Positions 23,051 to 32,174 of a stretch of 40,763 nt of DNA are shown here, in pieces. The position numbers and the translations under genes were made by a program. The stretch comes from an uncultured Heliomicrobium sp. (GTDB lineage: Bacteria; Acidobacteriota; Blastocatellia; RBC074). The stretch covers positions 1 to 40,763 of the forward strand of contig CAZXHW010000001.1 of NCBI GenBank assembly GCA_964639915.1, given 5' to 3'. Each line of letters starts with the position of its first letter. The first letter of the stretch is position 1. Under the pieces are notes generated by a model that was given only the letters and a program-made list of their open reading frames with translations, was not told where the DNA came from and did not search any database.

Positions 23051-25171
23051 TTACTTGCTCTTGTCGTATTCAGCGAATGTTTTGCCTTCTTCCGCCAGCT
23101 TCTTCAGCAGCGGCGCAGGCGTCCACAGTTCGCCATGTTCAGCCTGGAATTGGCAAACGCGGTCGTAGACTTTTTTCAGCCCGACCGTGTCGCCGTACCA
23201 CATCGGACCGCCGCGCCAAGCCGGATAGCCGTAACCGTTGATGTAGACAATATCTATGTCCACGGCACGCAGCGCGATTCCTTCTTCCAGAATCTTTGCG
23301 CCTTCGTTGATCAATGCGTATTGCGTGCGTTCGATGATTTCTTCTTCGGTGATCGCTCGACGGTTGATCTGCGCTTCGGCGGCGACATTTTCAATCAGCT
23401 TTTCGACTTCCGGGTCAGGGATAGCTTTGCGGTTTTCGTCGTATTTGTACCAGCCTGCGCCGGTTTTCTGACCGTAACGTCCCATTTCGCAAAGCAAGTC
23501 GGCGATCAGCGGTCGCCGAACGCCAGCTTTTTCCAGGTGCTTGAATTCTTTGCGGATGCGCCAGCCAACATCCAGGCCTGCCAGATCACCAACGGCCAGC
23601 GGTCCCATCGCCATGCCGAATTTGTACAGCGCACCGTCCACGTCCTGCGGCTTTGCGCCTTCTTCAGCCAAGAACTGCGCTTCGCGCCCGTACTGGTGCA
23701 GCATGCGATTGCCGACGAAACCGTAACAGTTCCCCACCAACACGCCGACTTTCTTCAGTCGTTTGGCCAGCGCCATCGAAGTCGCGATGACTGGATTGCT
23801 GGTGGCTTTGCCGCGCACAATTTCCAGCAAGCGCATGACGTTCGCCGGGCTGAAGTAGTGATGTCCAATCACCCATTCAGGCCGCGAAGTCGCCAAAGCG
23901 ATTTCGTCAATATCCAGCGTGGAAGTGTTCGACGCCAGAATCGCGCCGGGTTTGGCAATCTTGTCCATTTCGGCAAAGATTTCTTTCTTCAGCGCCATTC
24001 CTTCAAAGACGGCTTCGGTAATGATGTCAGCCTGGTCAAACCCATCGTAGCTGAGTTGCGGCGTGATCAGCGCCATACGCTTGTCCATCACTTCCTGCGG
24101 GAAGCGGCCTTTGTTGACAGAGTTCTGGTAGTTTTTGCGGATCGTTGCCACGCCGCGATCCAAGGCTTCCTGCGTGGTTTCTTTGAGAATTACCGGGATG
24201 CCCGCGTTGGCGTAATTCATGGCAATGCCGCCGCCCATCGTGCCCGCACCGATGATCGCGGCTTTTTTGATTTCGATCTGCTGGGTGTCTTTGCCAATGC
24301 CCGGAATCTTTTGCACTTCGCGCTCGCCGAAAAAAACATGGATCATCGCTTTCGACTGGTTGGAGAAAAGGCATTGCTGGAACAGTTCTTTTTCTTTGGC
24401 GACGCCTTCATCGAAGGAAAGTTTGGTCGCGGCTTCAACGGCCTCAATTGCCGCTTGCGGAGCCATCAATCCACGCGCGGCTTTTTTGGCTTGGGCGCGT
24501 GCCGCTTCAAAAATCGGCGCGTTCGATGCTTCGTCGCCGAGCTTTTCGTTTCGCTCGCGGGTTTTCGGCGGCTTCTCGCCGCTGGCAATCTTTTCCTTCA
24601 GAAACGCAATTGCGCCTTGCAGCAAATCGCCATCAACGATGCGATCAACGATTCCAGCCGCCAAAGCATCTTTCGCCGAAACAGGATTGCCGTCGGCGCA
24701 CATTTGGACGGCTTTGGCGACGCCAGCCAAACGCGGCAACCGCTGCGTTCCGGCGGCTCCGGGAATGAGGCCAAGTTTGACTTCGGGCTGACCGACTTGC
24801 GCGGAAGCGACGGCGACGCGGTAATGAAACCCCATCGCGACTTCCAGGCCACCGCCGAACGCCGTGCCGTGAATGGCGGCAACGGTGGGCTTCGGACAAT
24901 CTTCGATGGACTTGATGACATCCAGAAAGTTAATGCCTTCTTTGCGCTCACCCGAAGTGATTTTGCCGAATTCTTTGATGTCGGCTCCGGCGATGAAGGT
25001 CTGCCCAGCGCCGATCATCACCGCGCCTTTGAGGGCATCATCGCTGGCAACTTGCGCGATGGATTCGGCAATGCCTTCGGGCACTCCGGGGCTTAAAGCG
25101 TTGACGGGTGGGTTATTGACGGTAATGACGGCAATATCGCCATCACGAGTTAGCGTTACGAGTTCGCTCAT
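23051..25171 (-). CDS. Bifunctional enoyl-CoA hydratase / 3-hydroxyacyl-CoA dehydrogenase (FadB/FadJ-like)
   Basis: The N-terminal crotonase fold reads ITVNNPPVNALS...FIAGADIKEF...HGTAFGGGLEVAM. The NAD-binding motif is AIIGAGTMGGGIA. Length is 706 aa. Confidence 0.9.
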   Translation of the reverse strand: MSELVTLTRDGDIAVITVNNPPVNALSPGVPEGIAESIAQVASDDALKGAVMIGAGQTFIAGADIKEFGKITSGERKEGINFLDVIKSIEDCPKPTVAAIHGTAFGGGLEVAMGFHYRVAVASAQVGQPEVKLGLIPGAAGTQRLPRLAGVAKAVQMCADGNPVSAKDALAAGIVDRIVDGDLLQGAIAFLKEKIASGEKPPKTRERNEKLGDEASNAPIFEAARAQAKKAARGLMAPQAAIEAVEAATKLSFDEGVAKEKELFQQCLFSNQSKAMIHVFFGEREVQKIPGIGKDTQQIEIKKAAIIGAGTMGGGIAMNYANAGIPVILKETTQEALDRGVATIRKNYQNSVNKGRFPQEVMDKRMALITPQLSYDGFDQADIITEAVFEGMALKKEIFAEMDKIAKPGAILASNTSTLDIDEIALATSRPEWVIGHHYFSPANVMRLLEIVRGKATSNPVIATSMALAKRLKKVGVLVGNCYGFVGNRMLHQYGREAQFLAEEGAKPQDVDGALYKFGMAMGPLAVGDLAGLDVGWRIRKEFKHLEKAGVRRPLIADLLCEMGRYGQKTGAGWYKYDENRKAIPDPEVEKLIENVAAEAQINRRAITEEEIIERTQYALINEGAKILEEGIALRAVDIDIVYINGYGYPAWRGGPMWYGDTVGLKKVYDRVCQFQAEHGELWTPAPLLKKLAEEGKTFAEYDKSK

Positions 25172-25202
25172 GAAATGTGGTGCTCCTGTTTATGGATTGA
25201 AT

Positions 25203-25778
25203 TCAATATCTAGACAGCGGTTGCTGCTGATCGGCTTTCGCCTTTAATCGGTCAAAGTGTTCCTGATTGAATTGTTCGGATTGGCCGCGCGGCACACTCA
25301 GCGTTTTCCAGTTTGCGGATTTCAAATGTTTTGCCAGAAACACGATTTGGCCGACGTGCGTTGCGTAATGCGTCAACTGGCGGTTGATGGCTTGAACCAC
25401 CGTATGCGGTTCTGCGCGAATAATAATCGTTCGCATGGCGTCTTCGGGCTGCAAAGGCTCCAGCGCGGTGAGCACATGCTGCCAGCCTTGTTCCCACCAA
25501 TTCATTACCTGTTCGCGCGAAGTGTTGGCATCCAGAAGAAATTCCTGATCGCGAAAGCGATCCGGCTTTTCGCCATCGCTGGTCAAAAAATCCACCCAAC
25601 GCGAACGCATGTTGCCCGCCAGATGTTTAACGATGACGGCAACGCTGTTGCTTTCGGGATCAAGCGTGACGAAAAACTCTTCGTCGGCAAGCTGTTCCAT
25701 TGCGCGTTCGCCCTGTTTTTTCAACAACCGAAATTCGGCAATCGCATTTTCCAGATAATGTCGTCCCAGGTCACTCAT
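25203..25778 (-). CDS. DinB/DUF1572-like four-helix-bundle protein
   Basis: Size and sequence pattern (HLAGNMRSRW..., THYATHVGQIVFLAKHL) resemble the DinB superfamily. I recognise the family with moderate confidence only. Confidence 0.65.
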   Translation of the reverse strand: MSDLGRHYLENAIAEFRLLKKQGERAMEQLADEEFFVTLDPESNSVAVIVKHLAGNMRSRWVDFLTSDGEKPDRFRDQEFLLDANTSREQVMNWWEQGWQHVLTALEPLQPEDAMRTIIIRAEPHTVVQAINRQLTHYATHVGQIVFLAKHLKSANWKTLSVPRGQSEQFNQEHFDRLKAKADQQQPLSRY

Positions 25779-26299
25779 TCCATGTCCTCACGAAGGACAG
25801 CGTAAATGAATTCATCCATCACAACGCCTTCTTTGATCATCGCTTTTCTAAGCCTTGCTTCAAACGTATATCCGGCTTTTTCAAGCACACGCATTGAAGC
25901 CGGATTCCATTCCAATACGCCAGCGTAAATGCTGGCCAGATCGAAAGTATCAAACGCCCAGACCGTCAGGGCGCGCACGGCTTCAGTGACGATGCCGCGT
26001 CCCCAATAAGCTTCGCCAAGCCAGTAACCAATTTCGGCCCGGCAACTGTTGATGTCATCACGAAACACCAGCCCGATTCCTCCGACAGCATTGCCATCAA
26101 CGACAATCGCAAAATTGGTTGGCGGAGATTCCTGCCCGGCAAGCCCGACCCAATCGCGCGCATTGTCCAGGGTGTAAGGACGCGGAAATTTGTCGCGGAC
26201 ATTGCGCCAGATTTTGTAATTGTTGGCGTTTGCTGTCAGCGACTTTTCGTCGCCTCGTCGCCACGGACGGAGTGTGCAAGTTTTAAGTTTAAGTTCCAT
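25775..26299 (-). CDS. GNAT-family N-acetyltransferase (RimJ/RimL-like)
   Basis: LRPWRRGDEKSL...IGYWLGEAYWGRGIVTEAVRAL...LEWNPASMRVLEKAGYTFE. The stop overlaps the DinB-like start (ATGA). I chose the ATG at 26299; a TTG at 26317 is an alternative start. Confidence 0.8.
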   Translation of the reverse strand: MELKLKTCTLRPWRRGDEKSLTANANNYKIWRNVRDKFPRPYTLDNARDWVGLAGQESPPTNFAIVVDGNAVGGIGLVFRDDINSCRAEIGYWLGEAYWGRGIVTEAVRALTVWAFDTFDLASIYAGVLEWNPASMRVLEKAGYTFEARLRKAMIKEGVVMDEFIYAVLREDME

Positions 26300-26310
26300 T
26301 GAATGAGTGC

Positions 26311-26333
26311 CTGACAAGCTGGCAGCTTGTCAG
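26311..26333. promoter_or_regulatory. Perfect 11+1+11 palindrome, CTGACAAGCTG-G-CAGCTTGTCAG
   Basis: Read directly from the sequence. It begins 2 nt after the PhyH stop codon and ends 12 nt before the GNAT ATG. No U-tract follows on the minus strand. Confidence 0.7.
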
Positions 26334-26334
26334 A

Positions 26335-27177
26335 CTAATAAAAACCGCGAGCGGGCGTTTCTCGCCGAAGCCAATTTTCTGCAGGATATTCCGCTGTTCC
26401 GTCAACCACGTGTACTGCATACGCGTGACGCGATTTCGGTGAACGATTGGCATAACTCATATGCGGCAACAATCCATGCAACAAAACCAGCGTCCCGGCT
26501 TTGACTTCCAAAGGAACCAGCGACTCATCCGGCCAGGAAGATTCGTCCAGCACGTCAAACTTCGTCCCGCCAGCTTCAGCACGCGAAAATCGTTTCTTCA
26601 GTCCTAGCTTGTGTCCGCCGGGAATCGCCCACAGACACCCGTTTTCCAGCGTCGCATCTTCCAGTGCAAACCAGAACCCGGTGACGGTCATCGGTTCGGT
26701 GTACAAAAACGTTGCGTCCTGATGGCAAGTGACTTCGCCGCCAATGTTGGGCTGTTTGAAAATGTACATGGATTGCATCAACAGCGGCTGACGCAACCCT
26801 ATCTGGTTCGCAATCGCGGCCAGTTCCGGTTTCCGCGAAAACTGATCAAACGCCGGTTCCAGGTCGTGCAGCGCATGGCCAATTTTGTTGATTGAACGTT
26901 CCTTGCCCTGACGCAAACTGCCGTCCGGCGCAAACGCGTCTTCTTCAAAAAAGAACCGCACTTTGTCGCCGGATTCCAGAAAATACTCATCGCTGGCGCG
27001 CGTTTGTTCTTTGGTCGTAAAGATCGAAATCACGCCTTGCGGATCAAATGCGGCAACCAATTCTTCGGCGCGATGTTTTAATTGTTCACACTCTTTGCGT
27101 GTGGCAAAGTTCTCAACGACTAGAAAACCATCACGTTCGTAGGCATCAATTTGTGAAGAAGCCAGGTAAGTATTCAT
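26335..27177 (-). CDS. Phytanoyl-CoA dioxygenase (PhyH) family Fe(II)/2-oxoglutarate oxygenase
   Basis: MNTYLASSQIDAYERDGFLVVENF, the HQD facial-triad context (VTCHQDATFLY) and the distal His (LLHGLLPHMSYANRS) fit the family. The start is the ATG at 27177; the upstream ORF extension overlaps chrA in another frame and is rejected. Confidence 0.8.
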   Translation of the reverse strand: MNTYLASSQIDAYERDGFLVVENFATRKECEQLKHRAEELVAAFDPQGVISIFTTKEQTRASDEYFLESGDKVRFFFEEDAFAPDGSLRQGKERSINKIGHALHDLEPAFDQFSRKPELAAIANQIGLRQPLLMQSMYIFKQPNIGGEVTCHQDATFLYTEPMTVTGFWFALEDATLENGCLWAIPGGHKLGLKKRFSRAEAGGTKFDVLDESSWPDESLVPLEVKAGTLVLLHGLLPHMSYANRSPKSRHAYAVHVVDGTAEYPAENWLRRETPARGFY

Positions 27178-27191
27178 ATGGGGAGCCCCAA

Positions 27192-28793
27192 TCAACCAAC
27201 CAACCCGCGCGCAACCGCCCATTGCACCAATCCGCAACCAAAGATAATCACCACCGGATTCAATCTTGCGCGCAGCATCAACAAAAACGCCAGCGTGGCC
27301 ACGCCATAACTGAGCGGTGAATTTAAGCCGGATTTTGCCAGGCTGACTCCAGCAGCAGCCAACATTCCAACTACTGCCGGAGCCACACCAGCCAGAAACG
27401 ATTGCATCAGAAAATTTGACCGAAACCGATTGAGCGAGGCGCCAGCAATCACCGTCATGACAAAGGACGGCAGGAAAGCTGCAATCGTCGTGGTCAGTGC
27501 GCCCAGCGGCCCAGCCACTTTGTAGCCGATAAAGGTCGCCGTAATCAGCACAGGTCCCGGTGTAATCTGGCCAAACGCCATGCCGTCTGCGAACGCCTGG
27601 TGATCCATCCAGTGATGAACTTCGACGATGTCGGTTTCGATTTGCGGAATCATGACGAATCCGCCGCCGAACGTGACTGTGCCGACGCGTAAAAAGATGA
27701 CTGCCAATTTCCAAACCGTCAGCAATTCCGACAATACAGCAGACCAGTTCAGCAAGAACAGCATTGAAAGAAAAGGCAAAAATGCCAATGGGAAAACGCT
27801 GCGCAACTTGCCGGTGACGCCTTTTTTTCCGGCAATCGGAAGAACAGATTGATGTCCGTCTTCGGAACTGTGGTTTATCGCCGGGTCAGCTTCCACTGTT
27901 TGATCTTCAATGGGTTGTTCGGGGACAGGTTCCGGCTTTGGAAAAGCTTTGCTGGGACGCCGTTCTTCTTTTTCGTCGTCCGCAGGTTTGGCAGGCAGCG
28001 AAACTTCCACTTTGTAATCGTCGGCCAGCTTGTCATCACTTTCGAACAGATCAGCGGCGTGTTGTCTGGCCTGCTGTTCCAGCACAACTTCACGAGCACT
28101 TGTTTTATGATCTTTCCGAAGTTTCTGCTTGATCTGTTGGCGAGCGCGGGTTTTATAAAACTGAATGAAGATCCCGACCATCCCCGCCAGCAAAACGACT
28201 TCGGCGATGGTAGTGGCAGTGAAAATGAGCATGAACCCGGCGGCGACACCCAGTTCCAAATGCCACTGCTGCTGCATCGCCGTTTTGCCAAGTTTGGTAA
28301 CGGTGGCGGCGATCAATCCTACGACGGCGGCATTGAACCCTTGAAAGATTCGCTGTGCATCCGGGAATTTGTATACATAACTATGCGCAACAGTCAGCCC
28401 AATCATGATCAGGAATGATGGGAAGATGAAACTGACCAAGGACACAGCCGCGCCGCGAACTCCCCCCAGTTTCAACCCCACATAAGCGGTCGCATTCGCC
28501 GCATTCGCGCCGGGTAGACTTTGCGCCAGTGATACGGCGTCCAGGAATTCCTCTTCGGTCATCCATTCTTTCTGATGAACCACCAAACGGCGAATCTGGG
28601 AAATAACGGCGATGCCTCCGCCAAAGCCTGTCATGCCGAGCCTGAGAAACGCCTGGGCCAGCGCCCGCCACTCGACCCGAACTTCGGTCGGTTCAAGCTG
28701 ATCGGCAATCCATTTGCGCAGCCAGCCAAAACTGCCAGTGAACATTGTCACCAGCACTGACTTGGGTTCGATTATTTCGTCTTTCTCGCTCAC
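27192..28793 (-). CDS. chrA: Chromate-ion transporter (two CHR halves) with an unusually long charged linker
   Basis: The two homologous halves read LGMTGFGGGIAVISQIRR... and VGTVTFGGGFVMIPQIE.... A non-hydrophobic linker of about 120 aa separates them. Confidence 0.85.
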   Translation of the reverse strand: MSEKDEIIEPKSVLVTMFTGSFGWLRKWIADQLEPTEVRVEWRALAQAFLRLGMTGFGGGIAVISQIRRLVVHQKEWMTEEEFLDAVSLAQSLPGANAANATAYVGLKLGGVRGAAVSLVSFIFPSFLIMIGLTVAHSYVYKFPDAQRIFQGFNAAVVGLIAATVTKLGKTAMQQQWHLELGVAAGFMLIFTATTIAEVVLLAGMVGIFIQFYKTRARQQIKQKLRKDHKTSAREVVLEQQARQHAADLFESDDKLADDYKVEVSLPAKPADDEKEERRPSKAFPKPEPVPEQPIEDQTVEADPAINHSSEDGHQSVLPIAGKKGVTGKLRSVFPLAFLPFLSMLFLLNWSAVLSELLTVWKLAVIFLRVGTVTFGGGFVMIPQIETDIVEVHHWMDHQAFADGMAFGQITPGPVLITATFIGYKVAGPLGALTTTIAAFLPSFVMTVIAGASLNRFRSNFLMQSFLAGVAPAVVGMLAAAGVSLAKSGLNSPLSYGVATLAFLLMLRARLNPVVIIFGCGLVQWAVARGLVG

Positions 28794-28842
28794 GTGTGGT
28801 TCGCTTCTGTCCCAATGTGTAGCTTTGTTTTAGAATCCGGCC

Positions 28843-29541
28843 ATGCCAAATCCACAATCCAACAAACGAATTGCAATTATCGGCGGGACGGGCGATCAGG
28901 GCAAAGGCCTGGCGTTGCGTTGGGCGCAAGCAGGTTTTGATATCGTCGTCGGTTCACGCGCTGCCGAACGCGCATCGGACGCTGCAAAAGAAATGCTGGA
29001 AACTTTGACCAAAGCCGGTTTCGCCGATGCAGCCATCAGTGGCGCGCATAACACAGAAGCCGCCGCCAGTTCGTCAATCGTCGTGCTGACGGTCCCTTTT
29101 GCCGCGCAAATCAACACGCTGAAAGAAATCCGCGACAAACTGCAGCCCGGCGCGGTTGTGATTGATGTCACTGTTCCGCTGGAACCGGCGGTCGGCGGCA
29201 AACCCACACGCATGTTGGGCGTTTGGGCGGGGTCGGCGGCAGAACAATGCAAAGAGCAACTGCCTGATACTGTCACAGTCGTTTCGGCTTTTCATAATGT
29301 AGGCGCGGAGGCCCTGGCCAATCTGTCGCATGAAGTTGAATGCGATGTGATTGTTTGCGGCGACAAAAAAGACGCGAAAGAAGCCGTTCGCCCGCTGGTC
29401 ACAGCCATTCCCGGTTGCCGGTACGTTGACGGCGGCCCGTTGGCAAATTCGCGCACTGTCGAAGCCATCACCGCGCTGCTGATCGGCATCAACATTCGCT
29501 ACAAAACTCACTCTGGAATTCGTATTACTGCGATCAACTGA
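28843..29541 (+). CDS. NADPH-dependent F420 reductase-like oxidoreductase (NpdG/FNO family)
   Basis: The Rossmann N-terminus is RIAIIGGTGDQGKGLALRWAQAGFDIVVGSR. Size and C-terminal pattern are typical of the family. Confidence 0.75.
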   Translation: MPNPQSNKRIAIIGGTGDQGKGLALRWAQAGFDIVVGSRAAERASDAAKEMLETLTKAGFADAAISGAHNTEAAASSSIVVLTVPFAAQINTLKEIRDKLQPGAVVIDVTVPLEPAVGGKPTRMLGVWAGSAAEQCKEQLPDTVTVVSAFHNVGAEALANLSHEVECDVIVCGDKKDAKEAVRPLVTAIPGCRYVDGGPLANSRTVEAITALLIGINIRYKTHSGIRITAIN

Positions 29542-29547
29542 CCCTAG

Positions 29548-30822
29548 ATGCTTGCGCCAAAGGAATCCTCAATTCTGGCTTGCGTTGACGAACTGGCCGA
29601 AGAAATGGTCGAGTTTTTACGCCAGCTTGTGCGCATTCCGACCGTTAACCCTCCCGGAGAAAATTACGCTGATTGCGCAAACCTGATCGGCGCGAAGTTA
29701 AAAGCTTTCGGCTATGAAACTGAATTCGTCACCGCCGAAGGCTTGCCGGAATGTTCAGCGCAATTTCCGCGCGTAAATGTCATCGGTCGAATGCGCGGCG
29801 AGCGAGCAAACCCTACGCTGCATTTCAACGGCCATCTGGACGTGGTTCCCGCAGGCGCAGGCTGGACGGTGGATCCGTTTGCGGCCGTGATACGCGATGG
29901 GCGAATTTTCGGCAGAGGCGTGACGGATCAAAAAGCGGGGATCGCCGCTTCGATTTTCGCCATTGAAGCGATTCGCCGCGCTGGCTTGAAATTGGCCGGT
30001 TCGGTCGAACAAAGCGCAACGGTTGACGAAGAAAGCGGCGGATTTGCCGGAGTCGCTTATTTGGCCGAGCGCGGTTATTTTCGCCGCGAAGCGATTGATT
30101 ACGTCGTCATCACCGAACCGCTAGATTACGACCGTATCTGCTTAGGTCATCGCGGCGTGTATTGGTTTGAAGTTTTGACGCGCGGGCGCACCGCGCACGG
30201 CAGCATGCCCTTTCTGGGAGCCAGCGCGATTGACCGCATGGCGCGTTTCATTGCCAGCGTTGAACATGAATTAAAGCCCAGGCTTCACGACCGCCGAACT
30301 CGAATGCCGGTCGAACCGGAAGGTGCGCGCTCCGCCACGATCAACGTCAATTCCATTTCCGGCGGCCAGACGATTGATGCGCAGCAAACGCCTTGCGTAG
30401 CCGACCTGTGCCGGGCGATTTTTGATCGGCGTTTTTTGCTGGAAGAGCGTTTTGACGAAGTTCGCGGCGAGGTCGTTGAAATGCTGGAGCGATTGAAACC
30501 TGAAGATGAAGACTTCCGCTATGAGATGAAAGACTTGATGGTCGTTCATCCAACGATGACTGCGCCGGAATCCGAATTGGTGACGACAATGAGTTCCGCA
30601 ATTTTGTCTTCGGTTGGCAAACGGCCTCCGCTGATCGCCAGCCCCGGAACCTACGACCAAAAACACTTCGCGCGGATTGCTGGCATCGAACAATGTATTG
30701 CGTACGGCCCCGGCATTCTGAATCTGGCGCATCAACCCGACGAGTATTGTGAGATCGAACATTTGATTTTATCGTGCAAAGCAATGGCGCTGGCGGCCAT
30801 TCGCTTGCTGGGAACCAACTGA
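29548..30822 (+). CDS. M20-family metallopeptidase (ArgE/DapE-like deacylase)
   Basis: LVRIPTVNPPGENY, HFNGHLDVVP, GRGVTDQKAG, DEESGG and the C-terminal AYGPG...AHQPDEY fit the family. Confidence 0.8.
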   Translation: MLAPKESSILACVDELAEEMVEFLRQLVRIPTVNPPGENYADCANLIGAKLKAFGYETEFVTAEGLPECSAQFPRVNVIGRMRGERANPTLHFNGHLDVVPAGAGWTVDPFAAVIRDGRIFGRGVTDQKAGIAASIFAIEAIRRAGLKLAGSVEQSATVDEESGGFAGVAYLAERGYFRREAIDYVVITEPLDYDRICLGHRGVYWFEVLTRGRTAHGSMPFLGASAIDRMARFIASVEHELKPRLHDRRTRMPVEPEGARSATINVNSISGGQTIDAQQTPCVADLCRAIFDRRFLLEERFDEVRGEVVEMLERLKPEDEDFRYEMKDLMVVHPTMTAPESELVTTMSSAILSSVGKRPPLIASPGTYDQKHFARIAGIEQCIAYGPGILNLAHQPDEYCEIEHLILSCKAMALAAIRLLGTN

Positions 30823-30828
30823 ATCTCC

Positions 30829-31611
30829 ATGAACTACGAACAACTTTTTCGACTGGATGGGCGTGTCGCCGTTGTCATTGGCGCAGGTTCTGGCATTGGA
30901 CAATCTGTCGCCAAGGGCTTGGCGGCGCACGGGGCTTTTGTCGTTTGCGCTGATTTGAAGTCTGAATTGGCTGAAGCAACGGCACGTGAAATCGGCGACC
31001 GCGCCAAAGCCCATACCGTAGACGTAACGAACAGTGAATCCGTCAAAACTCTCTTTCAATTCGTCGCCAAGGAACACGGCAGTGTAGACATCGCGCTCTC
31101 TACCCCTGGCATCAACGTTCGCAAACAATTGCTGGATTACACCGACGAAGAGTTTGACCGTGTCATCGCCGTCAACCTGAAAGGCACGCTGGCCGTGCTG
31201 CGCGAAGCCGGACAGGTGATGTCCAAACAAGGTCGCGGCAGCATCATCGTGTTTTCTTCGATTCGTTCGCTGGTGGTTGAGCCGGGGCAAGGGGTGTACG
31301 CCGCAACTAAATCCGGTATGGTGCAATTGGTTCGGGCGCTGGCCGCCGAACTTGGGGCAAAAGGCGTTCGCGTCAACGCAATCGCACCGGGAGTGGTTGA
31401 AACCCCGTTGACTCGCCCAATTCAAGACAAGTCGGATTGGTACAATGCCTACGCGGATAAAAATGCGCTTAAACGGTGGGCAAGTTCGGACGAAATGGCC
31501 GGAGCCGCCATCTTTCTGGCTTCGGACGCGGCAAGTTACGTCACCGGCACAGTCCTTTTTGTGGACGGCGGGTGGACGGCAATAGATGGACGATTTACAC
31601 CACCTTTGTAA
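30829..31611 (+). CDS. SDR-family oxidoreductase
   Basis: The cofactor-binding motif is VIGAGSGIGQ, and the motifs NLKG and YAATKSG (YxxxK) are present. Length is 260 aa. Confidence 0.85.
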   Translation: MNYEQLFRLDGRVAVVIGAGSGIGQSVAKGLAAHGAFVVCADLKSELAEATAREIGDRAKAHTVDVTNSESVKTLFQFVAKEHGSVDIALSTPGINVRKQLLDYTDEEFDRVIAVNLKGTLAVLREAGQVMSKQGRGSIIVFSSIRSLVVEPGQGVYAATKSGMVQLVRALAAELGAKGVRVNAIAPGVVETPLTRPIQDKSDWYNAYADKNALKRWASSDEMAGAAIFLASDAASYVTGTVLFVDGGWTAIDGRFTPPL

Positions 31612-31616
31612 AAACG

Positions 31617-32174
31617 ATGCCGACAATCTTTTCTCATGCAATCTTTTCTTCAGCGTTCGGCGCGGCTTACGCAACCGAGCTTAGCCCCGGGAAGTTCTGG
31701 TTCTGGGCGGCAGCTTGTTCCGTGTTGCCTGATTTGGATGTGATCGCGTTCGGGTTGGGCATTCCGTACCGGAGCGTTTGGGGGCATCGCGGAATAACGC
31801 ATTCTTTGATTTTTGCTTTGCTCGCAGGTTGTGCCATTACGTGGCTGGCTTTTCGCCAGGAAGAGCTCTCAGCCATGAAACGAAGTAGAGCTTCTCTGGC
31901 AATTTTTTTCATTCTGGCAATTGCTTCGCATTTGGCGCTGGATTCGCTGACCAACGGAGGTTTGGGCGTGGCCTTGTTCGCTCCCTTTGAAAACTCTCGC
32001 TACTTTGCGCCGTGGCGACCAATCCAAGTTTCGCCTATCGGCGTAGACTTTTTCAGCCTACGCGGCTTGGTGGTCTTGAGCAGCGAGATAATTTGGGTTT
32101 GGCTGCCAGCTTTGGCGCTGGTAGCGATCGGCAAACTTTTTCAACGGATTGGTCGCTCGAACGACACAAACTGA
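31617..32174 (+). CDS. Membrane-bound metal-dependent hydrolase (YdjM/DUF457-like)
   Basis: [14 protein letters not shown]...LPDLD...[10 protein letters not shown] is followed by multiple hydrophobic helices. The start is the ATG at 31617. Confidence 0.7.
   Translation: MPTIFSHAIFSSAFGAAYATELSPGKFWFWAAACSVLPDLDVIAFGLGIPYRSVWGHRGITHSLIFALLAGCAITWLAFRQEELSAMKRSRASLAIFFILAIASHLALDSLTNGGLGVALFAPFENSRYFAPWRPIQVSPIGVDFFSLRGLVVLSSEIIWVWLPALALVAIGKLFQRIGRSNDTN

Noticed and set aside
23135-25096. A 653-aa ORF lies on the + strand, fully antisense to the fadB-like gene.
   Set aside because: It is a shadow ORF. It lies entirely inside a confidently identified 706-aa gene. Its composition is Arg/Phe/Ala/Asp-rich low complexity (FFF, RR runs). 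It has no recognisable motif and no RBS context. Stop-free antisense frames are expected in GC-biased, codon-biased genes.
27178-27714. An N-terminal extension makes the PhyH ORF 459 aa.
   Set aside because: The extension overlaps the 3' part of chrA in another frame and is Arg/Gly/Trp-rich nonsense. The PhyH homology begins at MNTYLASSQ (ATG 27177).
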